The notes under the pieces were generated by a model that was not told the DNA's origin, did no database searches, and was given only the letters and a program-made list of their open reading frames with translations. DNA of 64,000 nt from positions 51,894,001 through 51,958,000 of the forward strand of contig OX597826.1 of NCBI GenBank assembly GCA_951406725.2, given 5' to 3'. Position numbers and translations under genes: made by a program. Positions 29,571 to 42,002 of this stretch are shown here, one piece after another; the first letter of the stretch is position 1, and every line of letters begins with the position of its first letter. The DNA comes from Octopus vulgaris. Its lineage: Eukaryota.

Positions 29571-30006
29571 GGATCTTTTCGGTTTGAACGGCAGTTTTTT
29601 CTAGCGGTGTCATATGAAATTGTCACCCATAATTATGACCCTAGTAGCGATCTATTGAATTTCAATGTGTTTTAAGGTTAGGATTAGGGTTCGGGTTCGG
29701 GTTAGGGGTGGGGGAAGGGTATCTTTTTTTCTTCACAAATGTAAATAAACCCAATCTGTTTCTTAAACGAGGGACATATTCATACGGCACAGAATGCTTT
29801 TTAACTCAATAGACGTCACTGATTGGTTGAAATTGCAGAAATTGAAGGAAAAAAAAAAAACAAATATCTTACAAATTATAGAATTTTCTCAATAAAGCCA
29901 AGAGAAAAAGATGTTTTATAAACACATTCTACCAGTATACGAAGTTTTAAATGTTTTAGTTGCCTAGAAATTATGTTAAAAACTGCCGTTCAAACCGAAA
30001 AGATCC
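29571..30006. mobile_element. MITE with 29-bp TIRs, GG termini and 8-bp TSD (Merlin-like)
   Basis: ggatcttttcggtttgaacggcagttttt (29571-29599) / aaaaactgccgttcaaaccgaaaagatcc (29978-30006). Flanks gaggcttt / gagtcttt. Confidence 0.88.
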
Positions 30007-31349
30007 GAGTCTTTTTATATCTACCCCCAAATATATAGGCTCAAAAAAAAAAAAAATTACCAGACGCAGTGTACATACTACCAAATCGTACTTGATTGTC
30101 ATTAGTGACAGCTATGCGGTTTTAAAAAATAGTTTTATTGACCCCTAAAAGCTGACCGACAAATAGAACCAGATGAATCGAAATATAGGATAGCTATTCT
30201 GCTGATATATAGAAGCTTATTATAGTTGATTCTGTTATATATTATTTTGTGTATGCTTAATTATTTATCGAACCATTTCAGGCTATTTTTTAAAATTCTT
30301 ATTTTGATCTTCTATAATAATGACGAGCTACTGGGAAGTTTGTTTCTTTCAGCATTCATTAATATTCACAAAGCGTTCGTTCCTCATTGAGCTCACTCAA
30401 AACGCTTTGAAGCTATTTTTGCATTTATAGTATTATTACTTTTTGTCTTCCTTGTACTTTACGAGAAACAATTATATCTATTATTTTCAAAAGTGCCACT
30501 TGCATTACAAAGAACGATTAAACATTTATGACATTCCCTACAACGAGGAAATAACTAGTCATTCATTTGAAACAGTGTGCATAGTGTGTATTACAATAAA
30601 TTTTATATGAATTTTTTATTGACCAGACGTTCGATCAATGCACTTAGACTGAATAAGACATTTTAAGCTGTGCTGGCGTTATATTAGAAAGACGTTTATG
30701 AAACTGGATGCAGCTGATGTCTTTCATCGTTAACTGTTTCCTTTTTCTTTTTATATATTGAAATTATCGACATTTTTGCTCAGAACTATTCTAATCACCA
30801 TAAGAATAAAAGTGTTATTCAATTATACAGCAAAAGATATGGAAATAGGTAGTCATTCCATAACACATCAGTCTACTACAATGTATTTGTTGGAACCAGC
30901 CTACTGAAACGCTGCCGATTATTAAGCTTCTTCATCTTTCGTCTCCTTCATTCGCGAAACATTCAAATGACCCTTTATTAATAATTCTATTTCCAAAGAA
31001 ATAGCGAATCGTAATATCTTCTATAACTTACTTACTTTGTTCGACATACTTTAAAATAGGATTTTTCCGTCCAAACATTCTGATTGCTCGTGAGCATCGA
31101 AAACTTTTTATTATATTTTCATAATCACGTGATGTTGATGTTTTTGTTGTCTGAACCCAAGATCATCCATAAACTAAGCAGATCCCTTCCCGCCATTAAC
31201 AACCTCGGGAATATCGCGACTTGGACTACATTATCTAATGTGTCCACTATTCTTTCGAGATGAGAGTATGTAATATGAGGGAAATTTAAATTACATTTTG
31301 AGTGACCACCAATGCCTCCCCTCTCCTCATTGTTTGATCACCATCATTA

Positions 31350-31920
31350 AGTTCCTTTAACTCGTGCAGCCAGTCGTTGCCAAACTTGACACGATAGCAG
31401 TCAGCCGTCGCCACTGGTTTCTGTTCACTGCCATGCCTAGCAGTGTTGTGGCATTGTGACCTGTCCAGTTCTTAATGCCAGACCTGGATTTTCTGTCTAC
31501 CTTTCCTTTGCCCTCACTCAACTTTGCTCTGAAGAATGATTTTGGACTGGAAGTTGTGACGAGATATATGACCGTACCAGGCAAGCTTTCGTTTTTTGCC
31601 TGTACTAGGATTAGTTCCTGTCTGCGAGCGTATTTCTTGACTTGCTGCCTGACAAAGATGTACGTTTTGTTTTCTACGTACGGGGTGAGTAGCAGCCTTG
31701 TGAATCCCTTGTGCTCATATGCCTGGTTTCTTAGCTACATGTCAGCTGTAAGAGTCCCGCCCTCACACTATACCTAAGAATCGAAGTCATCAAATACTTG
31801 TATACATTGAGTATCCATATGGTATTCAGATTCACCATGGCAGCAGAGGCCACACCGAGTCTTGCTGTTATCTCATTTTGAGGTTCGATTTATACTCGAT
31901 ATTTATTTCACCACCACCTT
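31350..31920 (-). mobile_element. 3' fragment of an RTE-type LINE
   Basis: Minus strand GEGK...IKNWTG....LL.MAVNRNQWR, with upstream EITARLGVASAA and decayed LLY..GTLT motifs. Confidence 0.65.
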
Positions 31921-33040
31921 AGAAGACGTACCGGATTCTGATTTATTGAAATTATACAAGTAATTATTCAGTAACTTTTTTAATAACAAATATATAAAAT
32001 ATTAGCATTTCCAAACAGACCCTAAATAACAGGTCTCAAGGAATATCATATTATCTACGAGCCACAAATTCGTGTACTGTTTCATTGTCAAATTCTCCCA
32101 AAGACTTCAAGAGATGACTAATGTATTAGAGAAATCTGATGAAAACAGAATAAAAGTAATAAATGGAGTCCATAAGTAGGTGTCTTTGGAAATTTTGCAT
32201 TTGTTATGTTTGTAAATTCATTGTGGCTGTTATTATTCAACCGGTAACATAAATAAAGCATTCAAGTATCTAAGCGTTGATTAAAACTTAGTATTGCATC
32301 GGAGTGTAATCTTTCGTATTGTTTTGTTTACAGAAGTAGAGTAATGCTTAGGGGTCATTCCATTGGTCTTAAACTGCTGACTGAGATGACCGAAGGAAAT
32401 AATTTCGATAAATACCGAGCTTTAATTATTGAATGTTAAGGATCCAACTTAGGGAAAATCAAAATCCACATTGCACTTCTGTCGATGACTTAACTAATGG
32501 TTATGTTTCTCAATGACATTACAACACTAGCTGCTTTTATGTTCATATAGCAACTTAGACATCTAAGTCAGTTTCACAATCGCATAATCTGGCAATTTTA
32601 TTTCGTCTATCAATTAGATTGTCGCTGATGTTATCAACATATAACGCTCATCATCTTCTGAAAATTCCTATATCAGATACTTTAATCGTTACAGTTTCTG
32701 AAATCCCATATTTTGATATACCGTTCTATTATTAATGTACATCTTTATCATCTCCGGTTTTCAGCTGATATCTCATATGTTTGACAACATTTGTTTGATT
32801 TCACTAATAACTATTTCAGGCAACCTCCTCGACTGGCTCTCAAAGATATGTTTGATATATTTCTGCTTGATTAAAACTTCAGAATCTTTTCCAATATTAC
32901 GATATTATCAATATTATGTAGTTTATGATAAAAAACAGAACCTTCAAACTTTCACTTAATATCTAAATATAAGATGTTTGACAAATGTGCAGACATGCTT
33001 ACATAGCTATAGCTATATATGTATAGGTGCGAGTCTGTGC

Positions 33041-33093
<53 letters not shown>

Positions 33094-33097
<4 letters not shown>

Positions 33098-33334
33098 ATC
33101 GCCATATTAATATGGCATTCTTATAGATATAAGAATAAACGCTGCCGCTGGTCAGCTCCATGTGGCCACCGCCATCAAGATAGCTATTGATACACGATCT
33201 GTATCCATTATAACCTTCGAACAAGGGAGGTCAGCCGCTTCACACTATCTTGATGGCGGTGGCCTCATGGAGCTGACCAGCGGCAGCGATTATTCTTATA
33301 TCTATAAGAATGCCATATTAATATGGCGATAACA
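33094..33334. repeat. 90-bp fold-back inverted repeat (33094-33183 / 33245-33334) beside (TA)n
   Basis: Arms are reverse complements with 2 mismatches, and each contains the gccatattaatatggc palindrome. Confidence 0.95.
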
Positions 33335-33390
33335 ATTAATTTCCAGTAAACGCTGCCGCAATCTCTTTTATAGAGACTTAGTAATTTTAA

Positions 33391-33448
<58 letters not shown>

Positions 33449-33504
33449 TACATATATATATATATACATATATATAATATATATATATATATACATATAT
33501 ATAT

Positions 33505-33570
<66 letters not shown>

Positions 33571-33584
33571 GTATACATATATAT

Positions 33585-33840
33585 TGTTGAAATTCGGGAT
33601 GGTCATTTGTTTGCCAAATGAACACACACACTACATATTTGTTCTTCACTTGTTTATTAATGCTCTTATTCTAACTCATGTGTATTATCCAGAAATCTTT
33701 CGTCACACATCTGTGACCTCTTCAGCGACACTTTTCGTATTCGTGTGTGCTCTTGCAGAACAGTAATAAACGAGTGAAGGACAAGCATATAGTGCGTGTT
33801 CTTATTTAGCCCCCCAAAAAATGACCATCCCGAAACAGCA
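33585..33840. repeat. Diverged inverted repeat enclosing a hammerhead motif
   Basis: ttcgggatggtcattt (33593-33608) / aaatgaccatcccgaa (33819-33834), plus inner arms atatttgttcttcacttgtttatta / taataaacgagtgaaggacaagcat. Confidence 0.75.
33688..33730 (-). ncRNA. Degenerate hammerhead ribozyme motif
   Basis: Minus strand tgtcg-CTGAAGA-g-gtcaca gatg tgtgac-GAAA-gatttc-tg. Perfect 6-bp stem II, but stems I and III and the cleavage site are mutated. Confidence 0.55.
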
Positions 33841-34061
33841 GGGTTCTTGCAACACAAATGCATAAACGTGTGTGTGTATGTAACTATATATGTTTATTTT
33901 AGTTTTATTCAAGGTGAGAATCACTAACAAAGCGAAAAGACTTTATGAGTTAAGCGATTCCCCGGTAGTTGTAAATATGTGGTTGAGTTGATGCGTTCGT
34001 TAAATTGTCGATGCATACATCAAAATGTGTGCATCTGCTCACATAAGAATCACCGATTATG

Positions 34062-34329
34062 CATGTATGTATGTATGTATGTATGTATGTATGTATGTAT
34101 GTATGTATGTATGTATGTATGTATGTATGTATGTATGTATGTATGTACGTACGTATGTATGTATGTATGTATGTATGTATGCATGTATGTATGTATGTAT
34201 GTATGTATGTACGTATGTATGTACGTATGTATGTACGTACGTACGTATGTATGTGTGTATGTATGTATGTATGTATGTATGTATGTATGTATGTATGTAT
34301 GTATGTATGTATGTATGTATGTATGTATG
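34062..34329. repeat. (TATG)n microsatellite
   Basis: Direct reading. Confidence 0.95.
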
Positions 34330-35715
34330 CTTGTATCTAATAGATAATAGCCACCTCAATCAATCTACATCCTCCCGTGATAATCGCCATTAGATCTGTA
34401 TAGTCTAAGATAACCTTTAAGACCGGCAATACTTGGAAAAGTTGTAGTAGATAAGGTTCGAAATTACTACGGGGTTTGTAACTTGCTTCTGGTTTGGTAA
34501 TCGTATGCACTTTCATGTCTCTTTTCAAACCAAGACTCAACGCTAGCAATATCTTCCTTCACCAGAGATTTCAATCTATTTTTGTCAGTAGCTTTCTTTT
34601 CCTTGAATTGAACATCTATTTTCAGTTTTACTAAGCTGTCATGTATCGTTTCTTTGGAGTATGTTATGGTCGCTCTCCATATCATAATATACCATAAAAT
34701 ATCTGCTTAGACGGACATGCATGTGATATGCATAGAAGATGCCCTGCCCATCATATTTTATTTTGTACTAGATAGGACTCAGTTGACACAGAGCCAGATC
34801 CCTTGAAGTTTCTTAGTATCTGATCTCACATTTTCCTATTTTAACTTTTAAAAAAAGTGGACAAAGCTAGTACTAGATTATTAAGAAGTACTGGGTCGGT
34901 TCTCTTCTTCAACGAGGCACCCCAATGTTCATTCACTGAAACAATAAAATGAAATATATATATATATATATACACATTTACATATATGCATGTACGTATA
35001 TATATATATATGGGATGTTATTACTCCGCATGAAATCAAAGTCTCACGTAGCAGGCTTCATAATTATTGAGATTTCTTTCGATAAGAAAAATATGGTAAC
35101 CTTGTTAATGGACAAATAATGAATGTTTGTCCACCAATACGATGTTGAGCACGCCTCACTCTTCCGTATTACACACAAATACACACACACACACACACAA
35201 CACATACACACACACACACATACACACACTCACTCGTATATATATCGTTACAGACAGATGAATAGAAAAGTATGCCATCTTTCAATGAACATGCAATTTT
35301 AGTCTCAGTTTGCAAAATATAGATTGTCAGTTATCACTCCAAGACACGTTGCTTTACATTTCATTTTAGAATGCAAAAATAAAGAAATAATAACAAAACG
35401 ATTCGTTGTGCAAGTACAACAAATAAATTTATTAATCTATATATATCAAAAGCAATAATGAAATAAGGGAGGGTTTAGTTGATACTGTCGACTGAATATT
35501 TGACTAGTGCTTTATTTTATCCAAAGAATGAAAAGCAAATTTGGCCCCGGCAGGATTTGAACTCAGAACGTAAAATGCAGTCGATGAGCTCACGGTTGGA
35601 GTAACCATGTTTGGCACAATTTTGCTCTTTTGTTTGTTTTATTTTTCTAAAATTCTTTATGTGATTCCTTGTTATTTTGTGATAGTAATTCAGTTTTCAT
35701 ATTGTATTTTTACAG

Positions 35716-36757
35716 ATCGATTCTTAAAGCTTCCGGTGCCAGCCCATTCCTTGGACCATTATTTTTTGACAGTGATGGCCATATACAGATATCGAATTTT
35801 ATAATCAAAAACCTAATACACGATGGAGAAAAAGTGACATGGAGAGAGATAGGCTATATTCGCAATGGTGATGTCAGGATTCGTGAGCCTATATGGCCCA
35901 TTGATCATATTCTACCAACATCTGTGAACGGACGTACGCGTTATCGGATTGTTACGAACCCTGTTAAACCTTTTGTAATGGAAGAGGCTCCTCATAAGGA
36001 TTACAACGAATGTATGTCAGATACACCGTGTTTGAAACTATCCTCAAAGGATAAAGAACGGACTATAGAAGCTCTTCGAGACTTCGAAGCTGGTGTGTTA
36101 AATCAGAGTAACCCTTGGGAAATACGTTGTTGTCGAGGGTTATCCATTGACTTATTAAATAAGTTGTCTATCGACTTAGATTTCGACTTTACATTATTTC
36201 TCGTTTTTGATAAATCCTATGGAGCCTACAGTAACGGATCGTGGAATGGTATGATTGAAGATCTCCTCGAGAGCACAGCACATATTGCCATGGCAGCCTT
36301 TAGCATCACCAAGTCACGTGTCAAAGCTATTGATTTTACGGATCCTTATTTTTTCTCAGGGTTTTCTATCCTAGTTGCTGATCGTGTCAGGGATCCACAT
36401 ATGCAAGCATTTTTGGAACCTTTTTCCATAGGTGTATGGTTTGCGATTTTTATCAGCGCCACAGTCACTGCCGTTGCAATGGCCTTGTTTGAGTGGAACA
36501 GTCCATTTGGACTAAATCCATGGGGACGAAAACGAAAGTCAAACTATACAATGGCTTCCGGATTAAACATGGTATATTCTGTATTATTTGGTCATACAGT
36601 CAGCACCAAATCCCCGAAAGCATGGCCAAGTAAAGTCATGCAAAATTTCTGGGCATTTGCTGCAATATTTATTATAGCAAGCTATACTGCCAATCTTGCT
36701 GCCTTCATAGCCGGGAAAAATAATGGAGTCGGATATAATGGAATCTATGACAGCAGA
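35716..36757 (+). CDS. Grin3: Large coding exon of a GluN3-like NMDA receptor subunit (end of ATD, S1 ligand-binding segment, M1, M2 pore loop, M3)
   Basis: Acceptor ttttacag ending 35715, donor gtaagt at 36758. Translation contains CCRGLSIDLL, SYGAYSNGSWNGMIEDLL, AFSITKSR..IDFTDPYF, FLEPFS, EWNSPFGLNPWGRKR, LFGHTV..KSPK.W and SYTANLAAF. EWxSPFG, the LFG pore and KxPKxW match vertebrate GluN3A/B better than GluN1/GluN2. Confidence 0.92.
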
Positions 36758-37108
36758 GTAAGTAATTCCTCTCTCTTTCTCTCTCTCTTACTTGAATAAC
36801 ACGTTTTTGAAACAATATCTACTTTGAAAGGATTGTGTTGAATTCATTTTAAATATATATTTTAAAATTCTTTCAGAAATTCTGAAAAGATACAATTTAA
36901 AACAATTGTGATCGGTTTACATTGAACAAGCATTAATAGGAAGGCTTGAAATTACTAAAGAATAGATATAATTACACATTAAACCATATTAGAAATACTC
37001 GCAAGAAATATTTCTGTTGTGTTTAATATTAATTGCATATGTATTTTCAATTATCATCAACCTGTTATATAAATTTTACATTTAAAAGAATATATATAGT
37101 TTACCATG

Positions 37109-37161
<53 letters not shown>

Positions 37162-37368
37162 GTCTAACTGCAATTATTTGACTAGAATATATTATTTTAT
37201 AAGAAATAATCCTCACTTCTAAAGGTTACTAACGATATATATATATATATATATATGTATACATATGTATATATATATATATACAAGCGTAGAAACACGC
37301 ACACATGCATATATGCTTATATACATATATATATATAATATATGTGCAAGCATACAGACATATATACA

Positions 37369-37419
<51 letters not shown>

Positions 37420-37428
37420 CTGTGTATG

Positions 37429-37482
<54 letters not shown>

Positions 37483-39505
37483 GCTTGACATAAATAACTA
37501 TAAGAAATATTGATCTTATGCTATCATAAAGAAAGTAGCAAATCATTCATGAATACTTCAGAAAATTTATTAAGAAAGTAACCCAATATATGACTTTATA
37601 TCAATATTACTTATTATTGGAAAAATGAAAGGTTTCAAAACATTCACTCGGTTTGTGTCTGCAGTGCTGTGGATATTTTGCAACATATTGATCCGTTTCC
37701 GCCTCAATTTAATTCAATTTACGTGATTCTTTGTGTTACCTTTGGCGCAAATGTTCTATTTTGAAGTAATATTTTTATTCTAATTTGTGGTTTTGTTGAT
37801 ATTTAACCCCAGATTAACCAGGATGTAGTAGACTGTGATCAGAGGCGTTCCACTTGTGACAAGCTGTCTATTATTTAAATACCATTACTTCATTTTTAAG
37901 ACGTCAAGATCTCATTTGCAGGAAATTTAGTTGCTAATTTTACGAAGTCGAGTGACCACCGAAAGGGCACTTCATAAAAATGTGAACTGACAAATAGTTA
38001 GATAAAGCACTATTTTAATTAGTTTTTTTCAGAATTAAGATGCAGTTTGAAATTACTAGTTTTCTGCCATTGTTTAACTCTGAGTTAGCCAAGATAGGCA
38101 GACTTACGACCAACTGCCTCTTGAGCAAAACGATCTTTTCATTCTTTATTGCTATATTACAAAATGTGTCCTTCCGATTTTCAGGATCGTATGATGTGCA
38201 TTAGGCCTGCTTTGGATGGCTTTGCTTGCAAGTCGAAGCTCCGATATTATTTGCTTGTTTATCTATACTTTGTATTGTTTACTACTGCGTAGAAATATAT
38301 TGATTTCATTGTTTAAATACAACTTGTTAGATATACAACACTGTATAAAGAAGACTGTTTTGGCGTTCATTCCTGTTTTCAGGATATTTGTGATGTCAGT
38401 AGGACGAAGTTGCTGCAGCTAGAAATAATTTATGGGTCACGGAATCACTAGAACGTTATTGCCTAGCATGGATGGATAAACACTATGCGAAACATAAATA
38501 AAAACGTCTCGGTATCATGTAAGAGCATATATTTCGACATCAAATACACAATCATATTATTGTCAAATTGCATTCTACTTTCATTTATTCAAATTGAAAC
38601 AGGATGAACGTGTGTAAGAATTGATTATTGCAACGAAACTGACATAATAAATTCCTAAAATATATGACATTTGCTGTCACCCGAACATCTCTGTATGTCT
38701 GTTACTCCATCAAAACTGTCTACTCTAGTATTCTATAAAGTAACGAAAAAATCGAAAACGTTCTATCAGTTGAGCTGAGCAACATTAGTCAATTCTGTTT
38801 TCACGATGTATTTTGGTGTACGATTCTTAGGAAGAGAGGTTATGATTGATTAGCTTAAGGTTAGCACTGATTGAACAGAGCTATCTTCAAAGTTATCCTC
38901 TCTGTGACTATCCTGTCTTCTTTGCATCCATTATTTATCTTGTTTGTTTAAGAACGTGGGACAAATCGTGAGGGCAGGTAGATTTTCCCTCGTCGGGTCG
39001 TCTACCTGTATGTTATATAAATTTTGTTTCAGTTTTAGGAAAAGAATAAGCGTTAGAATTAAGGTTTACGGTGAAAAAGCCTTAGATCGGTGACTAATGT
39101 AATTGTAAAATTAAAAGACAGATGATATAAAGACAGTTCTTCAAGGATTTCTAATATAGGCACATCGTAGCAAATGGCAAGAACACTATATTCAATTTTA
39201 TGACGTGTGCTTATTTTATGATTTTAAAAAGTAAAGGGAAGGACAAGGAATATTGCCATATTTTGTCCTGCTCTCTATAACAATTCTGAAATCTACATTG
39301 TGGGCTATGCAATAATTGTTTGTGTAAGTGCACAGTGGAGAAAGTACGTTCCTTAAAAAGTACAACGGTGAATTAAGGTAGACTTTAACTTCATTTGTGT
39401 GACAAAATATTCCTCATTTCACGATTCGTTTGTCAAGTCAACTGTATGACATATTCAATGATGTCAGTGGCAATCATCCTTTACTACACAGCCACAAACT
39501 TTCGA

Positions 39506-39568
39506 GCCAGTTTTAACTGATGAAGCAACGGAAATTGCCGAAACTGACGTCAATATTAAAAATACTGG
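39506..39568 (+). ncRNA. Hammerhead ribozyme motif (partly decayed)
   Basis: ccagttttaa-CTGATGA-a gcaa cggaaa ttgc c-GAAA-ctgacg-TC-aata-ttaaaaatactgg. Core intact with a GUC triplet, first stem II pair mismatched, stem I bulged. Confidence 0.6.
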
Positions 39569-39743
39569 GCGAAAGATAGTGTATACGTTTACTTTTGTAT
39601 GCGTTGATAGCAGCATTAGAACAGTTTACTTACTTCTAGCAATGCACGTGTTTCTAAGACCCAAATCACATTTAGTGACAATTATATATATATATATATA
39701 TATACACAAACACACAGACACACACTCACACATAAACCTATAT

Positions 39744-39960
39744 ACTCTTTACTCTTTTACTTGTTTCAGTCATTTGACTGCGGTCATGCTGGAGCACCGC
39801 CTTTAGTCGAGCAACTCGACCCCGGGACTTATTCTTTGTAAGCCCAGTACTTATTCTATCGGTCTCTTTTGCCGAAACGCTAAGTTACGGGGACATAAAC
39901 ACACCAGCATCGGTTGTCAAGCAATGCTAGGGGACAAACACAGACACACAAACATACACG
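39744..39960 (-). mobile_element. SINE family B, 3' half
   Basis: tactcttttacttgtttcagtcatttgactgcggtcatgctggagcaccgcctttagtcgagc is the reverse complement of the 48570-48647 tail. Confidence 0.88.
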
Positions 39961-40012
39961 CACATATATATATATATCTGTAAAATAATATGTTACAATT
40001 ACTCAATAGTCA

Positions 40013-40075
40013 AGATAAAACTCTGAGTTTCAGATGCCGAAGTGGAAATCCACAACACCATCTCTTCGGTTATCT
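40013..40075 (-). ncRNA. Type I hammerhead ribozyme motif (U4C variant)
   Basis: Minus strand agataa-CCGAAGA-gatg..gtgga tt tccac..catc-t-GAAA-ctc a gag-TT-ttatct. Same family as 11677-11738. Confidence 0.65.
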
Positions 40076-40189
40076 GACCATCTGAAAAACGCTATGAAAA
40101 AATACCGTTATACAAAGGGAAATTACTTTATTATAATTATGCTCGCGAACCCACGTGCGTACTTATACGTCACTATGAAAACATACGTG

Positions 40190-40240
<51 letters not shown>

Positions 40241-40309
40241 CAAATTAATAAATAAAACATATGCATATATACATACATATATGTACGTACCTACATCTAC
40301 ATGTATATA

Positions 40310-40630
40310 TACATGCATATATGGGTACAGGACACCAAACAAAAAAACCTCGAACACAATGAGAAACGAAAACATAAACACAAAACCAAAGAAATGGACA
40401 TTTTTCTTAAACAACGAAAAAATAGAGTACAGGACATACAACACAAGGACAATTCCCCTTCTTCAGTCGCCTCTGTTTCATCTACTCCGCGTTTCGAAGG
40501 TCAAGGCAAGACGCGACTTCGTTGAAACATTCTTTCCCGTAAAAAGCAAATTAAATAAAATTTGAAATTTTTTTTGCGGAGGGGTAAAAATGGTGACAAA
40601 AACAGGACCGTAAAGACAGGACAAAGATAT
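40310..40630. repeat. Interspersed repeat flanked by (TA)n tracts
   Basis: Complex ~320-bp block between TA tracts, with an internal repeated gtacaggaca. Ribozyme-like boxes are present but out of order. Confidence 0.45.
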
Positions 40631-40946
40631 ATGTATATATATATATATATATATATCAGGCACATGGTGCCATTACTCAGGGTAGGCATTTGGTGACATT
40701 TATGTAGTAACACACGCAAAAAAGAAGCGAAACACAGGCGCGCGACTGAGTTGGATGCAGAATTGCCTCTGCCTTTATAGCGCGTAAAGAAAACACTGTT
40801 GAAGGTTTGTACGCAGCATGTGTACTACAGCAGTACTAGTTTTAATACTGGAATGGTAAGGCAGGGGCTAATTATGCATTTATTTTTCCTTGGTTTCATT
40901 TACGTTTTTCTTCTTCTCCCCTTCTTCTTCGCCTTCTTTCTTCCTA

Positions 40947-41075
40947 CTTGTTGTTGTTGTTGTTTTTGTTGTTGTTGTTGTTCTTGTTGTTCTTGTTCTT
41001 GTTCTTGTTCTTCTTGTTCTTCTTGTTCTTGTTCTTGTTCTTGTTCTTGTTCTTGTTCTTCTTCTTCTCCTTCTT
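40947..41075. repeat. (TTG)n/(TTCTTG)n compound microsatellite
   Basis: Direct reading. Confidence 0.9.
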
Positions 41076-41136
41076 CACACATGCGTTTGTATTCTTTGTA
41101 TATATATATTTGAAAATGCAATAAATAAAATGAAGA

Positions 41137-41181
<45 letters not shown>

Positions 41182-41455
41182 ATTTATTCATTTTTTTTTT
41201 GCTTTTTCAAATATTTCTTTTATATTTTTTATGTTCTTTTCTCTTTCCTGTGAATATATTTTTGTATGTACACTTGTAAGAAGAAAAAATTCTTTTTGCT
41301 ATTTAAGCAGGCAGTAAAGCATACATTTTACGGTTAGAAAACGGCCACTTGAAGCTCGAAAGTGATTTCAGAAAAACTCACTATAAACATTATTATTAAG
41401 ATTAAAATAAAAATCGTCCTCTAAAAAAAGACATCCCTCTTTATTCTTTCAAAGT

Positions 41456-41562
<107 letters not shown>

Positions 41563-41675
41563 GTATAATTTAAAAATAGGATAAAATCTTCACAAGAAAT
41601 TATCAAGTAGTTAGCGTGAAAAACCTCATAAGAGAAAAGATCTGTAAATTTTTTCACTTGAATATATTTATTTAG

Positions 41676-41961
41676 ATTATATAGAGGGCATTATTACACA
41701 TAAATGCCGCACGCTAGGAGGGACTCTTAAAGTCAAAACTACCAAAATAAACATATCGTACCGAATGCAAGTCTCGAAGCAAGTCATTTAAAAACAGAAT
41801 TTAGCTGCATATCACCAGTGATTTCGTAATCAACGCAGTGGCTGCGTCCCTTACTCATCAGTACAGCGAGATTCAAGATATATAATGAATGAACAAAATC
41901 AACATACCAGACGAACAACGATCGTATCCACATTTATGTGTAATAATGCCCTCTATATAAT
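41676..41961 (-). mobile_element. Short non-autonomous element with 31-bp inverted repeats enclosing a hammerhead ribozyme
   Basis: attatatagagggcattattacacataaatg (41676-41706) / catttatgtgtaataatgccctctatataat (41931-41961). Ends at a (TA)n tract. Confidence 0.8.
41804..41867 (-). ncRNA. Intact type I hammerhead ribozyme
   Basis: Minus strand gctgta-CTGATGA-gtaa ggg acgcag cca ctgcgt tga ttac-GAAA-tcac tg gtga-TA-tgcagc. All core nucleotides present, G10.1-C11.1 pair, three pairing stems, AUA triplet. Confidence 0.9.
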
Positions 41962-41965
41962 ATAA

Positions 41966-42002
<37 letters not shown>

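Noticed and set aside
35669-36799. 376-aa ORF as a complete single-exon gene
   Set aside because: Both ends run into intron. Splice sites at 35715/35716 and 36757/36758 define the exon, and S2/M4 are absent.
38181-38293. Candidate next exon after tttcag
   Set aside because: The phase-0 frame has no iGluR S2 similarity and reaches a stop codon.
40455-40530. Possible hammerhead on the minus strand (ccttcgaaacgcggagta ... ctgaagaagggg)
   Set aside because: The core boxes are out of type I order and no convincing stem I closes an alternative topology.
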